Source of the DNA: Candidatus Hatepunaea meridiana
GTDB lineage: Bacteria; Electryoneota; AABM5-125-24; Hatepunaeales; Hatepunaeaceae
Assembly (NCBI GenBank): GCA_030765125.1
Contig: JAVCDD010000250.1
Location: forward strand, 14,800-78,799
Direction: 5' to 3'
Length of the DNA: 64,000 nucleotides
The notes under the pieces are model-generated. The model did no database searches. It was not told the DNA's origin and worked only from the letters and a program-made list of their open reading frames with translations. Of the stretch, positions 20,801 to 29,200 are shown piece after piece (position 1 is the first letter of the stretch; each line of letters begins with the position of its first letter). The position numbers and the translations under genes were made by a program.

Positions 20801-21978
20801 ACCAACAAATGTCCTGGTTCACTCTTTGCCATTAACCTTGCCGATAGGTTTACAGAGCTTCCCATAACCGTATATTCCTGCCGACTGGGCGCTCCGACTT
20901 CACCTGCAAATACAACACCCGTAGATATACCTAATTTCCATTGCAAGCCCCATTTACTGAATTCGTCTTTACCCTTAACCAATTCCATACCACAGAAAAC
21001 CGCATGCTGTTCATCATTCTCATGAGCGGTTGGCGTTCCGAAAGTCAGAATCATCTTTGAACCTTTATCACCCATATCAACCTTATTAATCGAACCATTA
21101 TATCTTTGAGTTAAACCATATACCCAGTTATAAACAGCATCCAATTTATCCGTAACATCAGAATCTTCATCGTAGTCCAACCCTGAGAAGGACATAAAAA
21201 TTACAGAAACGCGTCTAATCTCACCAACCGAATCAAGTCCTAAGTGCAGTCTGTTATATACTGGAGGATCAATAAAAGCTTTAGCCAAAGTTGCGTCGGC
21301 TTCATCTATCTCATCTTCTTTTTCTTCAAACACCTTATATGATGGTGGTTTATCACCTGTAATAAGCTTTACGAATCCATCCTCAAGAACCTCACCCCCA
21401 CATTCTCCACAAAGTTCTGCAACCATAGATGTAAGGATCACTTCACCTGACGTTCCGTGGTGTTCTGCCTCAGATGCTTCATCTAATGGCTGACCGGCAA
21501 GCAGAAACTCACGACCTATGTCAGATGGACCGACAACCTGAAACAGAACATTTCCAGCAGCTACTCCAACCTTCATACCGAGTGTAAAGTTACCGGCTTT
21601 GGTTTTAAGGTTTTGAAACTGTCCCATTGCAGATTGAAGCTCGAGACTGGTTGCAGTAGCTCTACGCGCCACATCAGGCAGATCGGCTTCGCTCTTTGCA
21701 GGAAAGAAAATTGTCATTGCATCACCACCGAACTTACCTACAAAACCACCATTACATTCAATACGACTAATCATCGCCGTGAAATAGCTATTAAGTATTA
21801 GTGTAAGGGTTTCAGCTCCTTCTTTTCCAATGGATGCCAATTTCTCAGACATTGCCGTGAAGCCGGAGGCGTCGGCAAAGGCGACCACTGCTGGAAATTG
21901 GTGTATAAGCCGTCCTTCTTCAATCCAATGAATCAAGGTTGTCGGCAGGAAAGATGCCGCTTTTTTAACAGTGTTCAT
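17887..21978 (-). CDS. Tandem class III nucleotidyl cyclase domains, then a STAND/AAA ATPase, then a TPR array
   Basis: Cyclase 1 shows FADASGFT and FGGDAMT. Cyclase 2 shows FMSFSG, MGDKGS and GSSVNLSARL. P-loop GTAGIGKSRL with Walker B FFFEDSQWID. The C-terminal roughly 500 aa consist of repeated TPR-like units (...A...Y..A......G....). ATGA overlap with the upstream gene. Confidence 0.85.
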   Translation of the reverse strand: MNTVKKAASFLPTTLIHWIEEGRLIHQFPAVVAFADASGFTAMSEKLASIGKEGAETLTLILNSYFTAMISRIECNGGFVGKFGGDAMTIFFPAKSEADLPDVARRATATSLELQSAMGQFQNLKTKAGNFTLGMKVGVAAGNVLFQVVGPSDIGREFLLAGQPLDEASEAEHHGTSGEVILTSMVAELCGECGGEVLEDGFVKLITGDKPPSYKVFEEKEDEIDEADATLAKAFIDPPVYNRLHLGLDSVGEIRRVSVIFMSFSGLDYDEDSDVTDKLDAVYNWVYGLTQRYNGSINKVDMGDKGSKMILTFGTPTAHENDEQHAVFCGMELVKGKDEFSKWGLQWKLGISTGVVFAGEVGAPSRQEYTVMGSSVNLSARLMAKSEPGHLLVDVATYNRTSDFFEYSDPIKHQFKGISKPLPTFEPLGIKAKTSQVEFGIDKPIIGRDTEMQEITSSIMDVLDQHLRVLVIKGTAGIGKSRLSQEALRSVNEKGFRTAGGEALSYAKQSPYLIWISILRDLIGLSTVFKAEDNLSQLEVVVKEVDPEHTFRTPIIASLLGITCPENEFTQNFDAQLRQENMYDFLVQYFKYITAKTPVAFFFEDSQWIDRNSLELIAYLLRNLSDYPILFVIIRRSYGRDFTSPYINEIEKSDVAKRISVSEFDKDISEKFALSCLGANSINTELIDFMFDASHGNASFTEELINNLKNLGNIKLIPEVDGTGIRAEKEGDLSDVEVPDSLNSLIMSQLDRLGTEAKLTVTIAAVIGRRFSEEVVKRAYPVDIDPEAILKSVKELSIQELVNSISDAELFNYIFKNLLTRDVAYDSLLFAHRRDYHNRVGLCLEEMFSDSINERCEELGRHFYQSEDNERAVKYLKIAGSKSYDLYANESAASFFTMAYKRAVADQNLEDSYWLLKMRSKVYGILGMNDQFKNDLDEAFEIANKQGDLKKQVNILDDQASYYKKVADLETMNEVLDRALEVLKHFDYPRGRINLKSKMGQCFFLQNKFKEGLEYLLEALDEAESVNDTFGQITALTNVGLTYKSLGYLDKALDYYNRSVVISQDAGNKKSEAVNLGNIGVLHHQRGDFDKALEAYKQAYELSYSIGWKEVQTRNLGNLAVIYQRQGERQRAINTYQEKLSIEKVMGYRRGQISTLGNIGRWYADGGDYSTAISYCEQVLEIARDLGLRAEETQWMLNIGQYLHRSGDLDEARDTLEQAVRASVEVKYKLAEDYARRYLGFVLIDIGEFEQAETEFNTAFEIAKTLGNKIGLASAKVGLGWISLLRDGDEKPLEDGIAEAKSAKDPETYIMGQIALVRILLEKGEKKDELLEILKNTLGVAKRAGMLRDVNVIEPMIADMEDK

Positions 21979-23351
21979 ATTAATATTTTGCCAGGATTAA
22001 AGATACCGTGTGGATCAAGTGTGCGTTTTATCTGTTTTTCCAAACTCAAAACTGCTTCTGATTGCTGCCAAGGCAGATAATCTCGCTTAGCACAGCCGAT
22101 ACCATGTTCACCTGTTATAGTTCCTCCAATTTCAATAGCTGATTTGAATATCTCCCTTGAAGCTTCCTCTGCAGATTTCTGCGAATTATTATTGTTTTTA
22201 TCGTAAAGTATTGATATGTGCAAATTTCCATCTCCAGCATGCCCGTATACCGGAATTTCAAGATTGTATTGTATTTCTATCTCACTTATCTGTTTTACAA
22301 AATCTGACAAACAACCTCGAGGCACTGCAATGTCGTCATTTATCTTTCCAAGAGAAAGGCGTGAAAGACTTGGTGATATTCCTCGCCGGAGTTTCCATAA
22401 TTGCTGTCTGCTGCTTTGTTCAGCAGCAGTGTTTACTTCAATTGCAGTGGAATTCAGCAATTGATATACATCCGGTGAAATAGTCGATACTTCTTCCTCT
22501 GAACCGTCAAGTTCGAGAAGTATTTGAGCTTCTGATTCATTCGGATAGGTTAATCCAAGATGGTTAGCTGAAGCAGATAGGGCTTTCTTGTCAATATATT
22601 CCACAATAGATGGTACGATGCCACTCTGGATTATTTGTTCTATACAGGTGAGTGCATCCTCTGATGTTGAATAGTATGCTGATAAAGTAACTGTTTTTTC
22701 AGGCGCTTCAATAAGTCTAAGTGCGATTCTTGTGAAAATCCCAAATGTACCCTCTGATCCAACTAATAGAGGCGTCAATTCAGGTTCAGTATCTTCATTG
22801 TTGAATGCGCCTGAAAGCTGAAGCTTACCTGTGCCGTCAACAAACTCGATGCCCAGAACATAATGACCTGTCACACCATACTTGAAACACCTGAGTCCAC
22901 CAGCATTCTCAGCAACATTACCTCCGAGGGTACTGGCAGTATAACTCGATGGATCAGGAGGATAGAAAAGTTTATTACGCTGTGCAGCTTCCTGAAGAAC
23001 TGCAGTTACTACTCCAGGTTGTACAATTGCGATATATTCATCAGCATCAAGCTTCAGTATGGAATTCATACGTTCACAAGAAAGAACGATCCCACCCTCT
23101 ATGGGCACACTTCCACCTGACATACCGGTACCTGCACCACGAGTTGTGATTTTAAACCCTTCTTCAAGAGCAAAGTCAACTGTCGTTTGAATATCCTCTG
23201 AACAATCTGCCATAACTACAGCAATTGGTTCACCGCGAAACGTTGTCGCATCATAGCCGTAAGAAGCAAGATCTTCAGGTAACGTCAACAGTTTGTCTTT
23301 ACCCAATGAACGTCTTAGTAACTTGAGTGGGTCTTTTTTCCACCATCCCAT
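21975..23351 (-). CDS. FAD-linked oxidase (GlcD / D-lactate dehydrogenase family)
   Basis: FAD_binding_4 motifs (ITTRGAGTGMSGGSVP) and the C-terminal GTITGEHGIGCAKRDYL typical of GlcD-like enzymes. Confidence 0.85.
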   Translation of the reverse strand: MGWWKKDPLKLLRRSLGKDKLLTLPEDLASYGYDATTFRGEPIAVVMADCSEDIQTTVDFALEEGFKITTRGAGTGMSGGSVPIEGGIVLSCERMNSILKLDADEYIAIVQPGVVTAVLQEAAQRNKLFYPPDPSSYTASTLGGNVAENAGGLRCFKYGVTGHYVLGIEFVDGTGKLQLSGAFNNEDTEPELTPLLVGSEGTFGIFTRIALRLIEAPEKTVTLSAYYSTSEDALTCIEQIIQSGIVPSIVEYIDKKALSASANHLGLTYPNESEAQILLELDGSEEEVSTISPDVYQLLNSTAIEVNTAAEQSSRQQLWKLRRGISPSLSRLSLGKINDDIAVPRGCLSDFVKQISEIEIQYNLEIPVYGHAGDGNLHISILYDKNNNNSQKSAEEASREIFKSAIEIGGTITGEHGIGCAKRDYLPWQQSEAVLSLEKQIKRTLDPHGIFNPGKILI

Positions 23352-23501
23352 TATATAACCGATAAAAAATTAACTCGTTATTCAGAACAACGAAGTTGAA
23401 AGCAGAACTATTAAATCGTATAAACACTTTAATATAATCGGGTTCAATTGATAAATCAATATAACTAAGCGCCTATTATATTGTATTGATAGTTAATTAA
23501 T

Positions 23502-23533
23502 AAAAAAAAGTCGGTGTTGAAGACAACCCCGAC
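23502..23533 (-). terminator. Rho-independent terminator downstream of the M3 peptidase gene
   Basis: On the minus strand this reads gtcggggttg-tctt-caacaccgac (10-bp stem with one mismatch) followed by T8. Confidence 0.6.
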
Positions 23534-23561
23534 TACGGATTATAAAAAGTGTAAAGTATAA

Positions 23562-23633
23562 AAGTGCGAAAGTATGAAAGTACCAGAAAAACCTTGTGAT
23601 ATATTACTTTCACACTTTCACACTTTCGCACTT
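23562..23633. repeat. Imperfect hairpin built from tandem gaaagt / actttc words
   Basis: aagtgcgaaagtatgaaagta ... tactttcacactttcacactttcgcactt. The same words recur at 39601..39632 and 43233..43272. Confidence 0.7.
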
Positions 23634-23634
23634 A

Positions 23635-25392
23635 CTATCTGCTCTCTTTTTCTCCCTGTCGTTTAATCTCTTCACCTACTTCAGCCATTAATGGTTCGAT
23701 AATATCATCAGTAAATTTAAACTCAATTTCAGCCGCTTTAAATAAATCAGGTAAAGGTCTTGAACCACCGAGTCGTAATGCGGATTTGTATGCCTCAATA
23801 GCATTGTCAAGGTTTTTCCTGCTGTTTAGCCACACCTGCAATGCACCTAATTGAGCAATCCCATATTCGATGTAGTAGAATGGATATTCAAATATGTGAA
23901 GTTGTGCCTGCCAGCGATAACGGATAGCATCGTCCAATCCTGACCAATCCACATCGGATCCGAAGCGTTCCATCAAGCTGACAAATTGATCGCAACGTTG
24001 TTCAACGGTATGATCCGGATTATTATAAATCCAATGTTGGAAAGCATCAATAATGGCTATCCAGGATAAAATAATGATTGAGCCTTCAAAGTGTTCTCGT
24101 CGTGTGCGCGCTGCATCACCAGGGCTGTAAAACGTTTCAAGATAAGGTGCGCCTAATAACTCCATACTCATAGAAGCGACCTCACAGAACTCCATCGGTG
24201 CATGCCTGTAATCCAGTATAGACTCGTTATGAACGGCAAACTGGTGGAATGCATGACCACCCTCGTGTAATAATGTAAAAACGTCTCTATTTAAACCTAC
24301 TGCATTCATAAATATAAACGGCAAACGAATTTCAGATAGACTTGCCTGATAACCACCCGGCGCTTTACCCTTACGACTGTCAAGATCAAGTAATCCAAGG
24401 TCAATCATTTTTTGGAAGTTCTCTCCCAATTCAGCATTTACATTACCGAAAATATCCCGGCAGCCACTGACAAGCTTATCAGAAGCCTCGAATGGTCTAA
24501 GCGGTTCTCTACCTAAACGGTCACAAGCAGTATCCCAGGGGCGAACCGTATCTAGTGATAAGGCTTTACGACGTTCTTCAGTCATCTGCACGATTAATGG
24601 CACAACGTATTTCTCAACTGCATTATGAAAACTGAAACAATCATCAGGTGTATAATCGAAGCGTCCAAATCGACGGAACTGGTATTCACGGAAGTTGTCG
24701 AAGCCAGCGTTCTTTGCCACTTGAACTCTTAGTTTGAGCATCTTATCAAACAGGTCATCCAGCTTCTCAGCGTCTTCAAGTCTGCGATTAGTTGTCAGTT
24801 GCCAACTCTCGCGACGGACTTCACGATCCTTCTTCTGTAGGAATACACCCATTTGCGGGAGTGTATATTCCTTATCCTTAAAAGTAATCGTCATAGCTCC
24901 GATTGTTTTCTGATACTCTTGAGAAAGCTTGGTGATTTCAACATCAAGAGGGATATTTTCCTCACGGAATAACTCAACATTGTTCCGTCTGTTGCGTATC
25001 AGAACCTCATAATGTGCTTCATCGAGTTCATCTAGATATTTACAATCAAGAAACTTCAGATTCAGTTTATGATCGAAAGGCATGATTTTAGGTTCGATAC
25101 TCTCTACAAAGTGCAGATAAGCTTTCTCAGCCTCTTCATCGTCGGTGGCGCAAGTCATAGCAATATAGCGGCGCGATCCCTCTTCTGATATAACCGAACC
25201 TAACTCGCTTTCGTCAAGCAGCCACTGTTCAAGCGCTTCTTTGCTGTCCAGTTTCCTTTCAAGAAGTTGCTTGAACATTGGTTCAAGGTTTTTCCAATTT
25301 GAGAAATCTATCTCATTTGGCACAAAACTTCGCGGAAATTCGGGTGAAGGTCTGCTTAGTTCTGAGATGCGGTTTACAACCATATTTTCCAT
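23635..25392 (-). CDS. M3-family oligoendopeptidase (PepF-like)
   Basis: Zinc motif HEGGHAFH with a downstream E (EFCEVASM). The 585-aa length is typical of M3B peptidases. Confidence 0.9.
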   Translation of the reverse strand: MENMVVNRISELSRPSPEFPRSFVPNEIDFSNWKNLEPMFKQLLERKLDSKEALEQWLLDESELGSVISEEGSRRYIAMTCATDDEEAEKAYLHFVESIEPKIMPFDHKLNLKFLDCKYLDELDEAHYEVLIRNRRNNVELFREENIPLDVEITKLSQEYQKTIGAMTITFKDKEYTLPQMGVFLQKKDREVRRESWQLTTNRRLEDAEKLDDLFDKMLKLRVQVAKNAGFDNFREYQFRRFGRFDYTPDDCFSFHNAVEKYVVPLIVQMTEERRKALSLDTVRPWDTACDRLGREPLRPFEASDKLVSGCRDIFGNVNAELGENFQKMIDLGLLDLDSRKGKAPGGYQASLSEIRLPFIFMNAVGLNRDVFTLLHEGGHAFHQFAVHNESILDYRHAPMEFCEVASMSMELLGAPYLETFYSPGDAARTRREHFEGSIIILSWIAIIDAFQHWIYNNPDHTVEQRCDQFVSLMERFGSDVDWSGLDDAIRYRWQAQLHIFEYPFYYIEYGIAQLGALQVWLNSRKNLDNAIEAYKSALRLGGSRPLPDLFKAAEIEFKFTDDIIEPLMAEVGEEIKRQGEKESR

Positions 25393-25417
25393 TTGTGTCC
25401 TCAGTTTGTTCTAAATT

Positions 25418-25443
25418 AAAAAAAACGGTGCAATTCTGCACCG
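25418..25443 (-). terminator. Rho-independent terminator after the tRNA cluster
   Basis: On the minus strand this reads cggtgca-gaat-tgcaccg followed by T8. It lies between tRNA-Gly and the pepF-like start codon. Confidence 0.6.
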
Positions 25444-25488
25444 CTTAATATACTCTATAGCTTTATTGTTGAAGTTCCAATTGATGCG

Positions 25489-25530
25489 CTACTTGCTGTC
25501 ATCCCGAAGCTTCGGGATGACAGCAAGTAG
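25489..25530. repeat. Perfect 42-nt palindrome (gtcatcccg...cgggatgac family)
   Basis: ctacttgctgtcatcccgaag|cttcgggatgacagcaagtag is exactly self-complementary around aagctt. Confidence 0.9.
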
Positions 25531-25541
25531 ACAACTGTTCG

Positions 25542-25614
25542 AGCGAGAGACGGGATTTGAACCCGCGACATTCACGTTGGCAACGTGATACTCTACCAAC
25601 TGAGTTACTCTCGC
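25542..25614 (-). tRNA. tRNA-Gly (anticodon GCC)
   Basis: Manual fold: acceptor GCGAGAG/CTCTCGC, D arm ACTC-AGTTGGTA-GAGT, anticodon arm TCACG-TTGCCAA-CGTGA, T arm GCGGG-TTCAAAT-CCCGT, discriminator U. CCA is not encoded. Confidence 0.9.
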
Positions 25615-25639
25615 TAAAGAAATATGAAAGTTAGAAAGA

Positions 25640-25819
25640 TCAATCGGTCTTTTGATCATTCTCTTTTTCTTCGAACCTCTCCTCTATTCTCCTTCGGTAA
25701 CGATCAATTATCTTTTGTCTCTGCTGACGACCACGGCGTTTACTTTTTGCAGAAGCAATGAATAACAATACAACTAAGACCGCCAGGATAACAATTATAA
25801 TGGTTTCTATTTCAATCAT
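25640..25819 (-). CDS. Possible 59-aa single-pass membrane protein between the two tRNA genes
   Basis: Below the ORF-track size cutoff. Translation is MIEIETIIIVILAVLVVLLFIASAKSKRRGRQQRQKIIDRYRRRIEERFEEKENDQKTD, a hydrophobic helix followed by a strongly basic tail. No obvious RBS. Confidence 0.3.
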   Translation of the reverse strand: MIEIETIIIVILAVLVVLLFIASAKSKRRGRQQRQKIIDRYRRRIEERFEEKENDQKTD

Positions 25820-25832
25820 AATTCATAACCCG

Positions 25833-25905
<73 letters not shown>

Positions 25906-25957
25906 AAACTGAAGCTGGAAAATCAATCTTGAACTCCTCGATCCAGCCTACATTAAC

Positions 25958-26112
25958 TAATTAGTGTCTGACCGAAAACCTCCGTTTTTCTGGATATCAA
26001 CACTTTTTTGTCATTCCCGCGAAGGCGGGAATCCAGGATAAACAATAAGTTATCTGGATTCCCGCCTTCGCGGGAATGACAAAAAAGGGGCTTTCCGGTC
26101 AGACACTAATTA
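25958..26112. repeat. 155-bp nested inverted-repeat (MITE/BIME-like) element
   Basis: Outer arms are taattagtgtctgaccg (25958..25974) and its complement (26096..26112). Inner arms are a perfect 33 nt, ttttttgtcattcccgcgaaggcgggaatccag (26004..26036) and its complement (26054..26086). Each inner arm holds its own hairpin, attcccgcgaaggcgggaat. Confidence 0.85.
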
Positions 26113-26170
26113 ATATATGAAATATTAACTATACAGTCAAGTGAAAGGATGAAAAAAAGATGAAAGATGT

Positions 26171-26256
26171 AGTATGAAGGATGAAAAATTGATGTGCTGT
26201 TAACACGACAGATAAAAATGTCTATCGTACCCTGGTATTTTTTCATCCTTCATACT
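26171..26256 (-). terminator. Long hairpin immediately downstream of the C25-like gene (terminator-like)
   Basis: An 18-bp stem, agtatgaaggatgaaaaa / tttttcatccttcatact, encloses an inner hairpin (acgacagataaaaatgtctatcgt). A T7 run follows on the minus strand about 10 nt later. Confidence 0.4.
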
Positions 26257-26270
26257 TCGCACTTCATCCT

Positions 26271-29200
26271 TTATCTAAGCAATACCATTCGCTTGACTTG
26301 TGAATCCATTCCTGATTCAAGACGGTAGAAATAGATACCGGAAGCGAAATTTTCCGATTCAAACAGAACGTTATGCTTCCCAGCGGGCATCTCATTATCT
26401 ATAAGAACAGCAACCTCCCTGCCGGTTATATCATAAATCTTTAATGTTGTTATACCTGCTATATCCAATGAATACCCAATCCGTGTCATTGAGTTGAATG
26501 GGTTCGGGTAGGCGTTGTCCAAACCGAATTCCAATGGGATCGATACATTGCCATTAATATTTGATCTTGCATTAACTCTAAACTCAATTGGCACAACAAC
26601 CTCTTCACCTCGGGCATTATGGTTGATAACCAACCCCATCTCGAACTCCTGACCATCTTCCAATCCTAAAGCGCTCATTATAACTGTAATAGGAGACTCA
26701 CCATTAGGTTGTACAATTCCATCACCTATGTTAACAATGAGAAACCGCGTATCGGGACCAATCTCATAAATTCTTAACATATCTTCATTAAAGCGATTAG
26801 ACTTATCCGCAATAGATGCTAAACAAGCCACCCCCTGCTCCCAGTTAAAACCAATAGACAATCCTTTTCCTTTATCCTGGTCCAAGATAGAAATATCACC
26901 CAATACCTCACTGCGTCTTGTGTAAGGGTTCACTTTTATCAACCTCATACGTCTATTTGTATCGTTAGCTGCCCAGTCCATTATGTAAAGCGGCATATTA
27001 TCATCGTCAACAGGATTCCAAGCCATACCCTTAATCGACGGTCTGCCGTCAGGTAGATCAACGTAAAACGAATCAACTATCCTCGCATCCATATTCATTT
27101 CATAAATTCTATGTAAATCGTGTGCCATAAAAATAGTTTCTGTTTCTGGTCGCCAGGCTAAAGCTCTTGCAAAGGGAAAATCATTTACCGACAAAGGTAC
27201 ATCAATATCACGAACACGATCACCATTAGTATCGAACTGAACCAGAACAACAGTATCCTCTCTTAAATCACCACCATACAAGTAAGTCCCATCATACGCT
27301 AAATCCATAAAACCAAAACTCTGATACGAGGGCTGCTCAAACGATCTGACTAATTGATTGTTCCGGTTAAACACACTAATCCTCTCTGAGCCGACTTGTC
27401 CAAGGTCTTCGGTATAAGTTACAAATACTTCATCTTCTACGAACTGACAACCAAATAGATATGGAACATCAAGAATCTCTCCTACTCCGATTTCACTAAT
27501 CTGCTCATACTCGGTATCTGAACCATCGCGATACCGACGACTCACGCTGTATTCAAGATCGCCAATACCATCGTTATAAACATCTATCAACTGTCCACCG
27601 CATCCTGAGTCAGGTCGAGCCTCACCTCTAATCGGATCGTCACTTAGTCTGATTAATGGATATGTCATTTGCATACCAATTTGGGTAGTACTGTCAGGAA
27701 AAATGTCAACACGAGCACTCATAGTGTTATAATCATCAAGCGCGAAAAACACTTCCTCCCTGCCTGCGGCAATATCATCAAACTCAAATCGTCCATTATC
27801 ATCAGTCAGTGTTTCATAGCCGCGTCTGGTGTATACTCGTACCCCTTCCAGAGTTTGACTTGTATCATCTGCCACGACCGCTCGTCCTGCTAATCCACCA
27901 TACTCGAGTATGACATCCATAGTGAAAAATAATGCTGTTTCGTCGACCAATTCCATACACCTATCCGAATATTCGCTCCAGTATACGTACTGAAGACCTC
28001 CAGTATTATCAAGGTTTTTCAATCCGATTGTACTGAACTGGTTATCATGACTGATTCCACGAAAATCTTCGAAAGTCTTATATTGTATCTTTATATCACC
28101 ATCGCCAGTAGAAGAGTGGTAGATACTCGGATCATATAATATCACCTGGAACTCAACCAGATGGTCATCTGCCGGTCGGTTATCACCATGAAATAACTGC
28201 ATATTTGACCATTCAACTATAAAACGTCCGTTATCTTCGTCATAGTAATAGTAAACGCCTCTCGCGTTTGTAGGTGAAGTGATTACCAAATCTTGCCACA
28301 TAACCGCAATTTGTGCATCCGGTCCCTGAATTCCCGGTATTGACCAATTCCGGAAAGTATGATACTTGGAATTGTCATTTCCAAAAGCTATCCAGCCGTT
28401 CGTGCAGACAATTAGTGTATCAAATTGCTGTCCATAATAGCGAAAAGAGAACGGAAGCTCAAGCACTGCAGAATCATCCTGCTCTTCCAGATAGTCTCTG
28501 AAATCTAACCTTGTTCCCATAAAATTGTTGTCTTCTTCTGAGGTATTGATCTCTATCCAATCATATACAGGTGTTCTATCTCCCCAACCTTCATCACCGG
28601 AATCAAAGCATATATAGCCGTATTCATCCGGTCCAAATGGATCGCGCACATCCGGCTGACCGATCAGTTCCTGGAAATATATAGTATCTCTAAAGTCTTC
28701 ATCATCATTACCGGCAAATAGATCCAATCTGAATCGAGCAGAATCTCCGGGGATTGCTATCGTATCCAATTCTACACGGAAAGCGCTATTATCAATCGGA
28801 GCATAACCTTCGTCCGGTCTCGGATCGATTGGAGGATATTCAACACTATCCTCAATTACTGTAATATCATCATTCAAACTGATCAGCGTTGCGGAGAACT
28901 CCTCAAGTCTTAAATCACCGTGGTTAGTAAGTACAGGAATCAAATCGACCGTTTGCCCGGGATCAAAAGTTTGGTCATCTCCAAAACGAATACGGCGGTC
29001 CGCAAGTAGATGACCTGCAGTAGGGAATGTAAAGGAATGTGACCATCTGCTATCGCCGGCTTCGACCTCTACGCCAATTCGCACTAACCTGTAAGCTTTA
29101 CTGGATTCGTGAATATACATCTCAAATTCTATTTCACGATCTTCACCTTCGGGTATCTCTTGCAACGAAAGTCTATCCTCGGAAAACGTTACCCAGGGAT

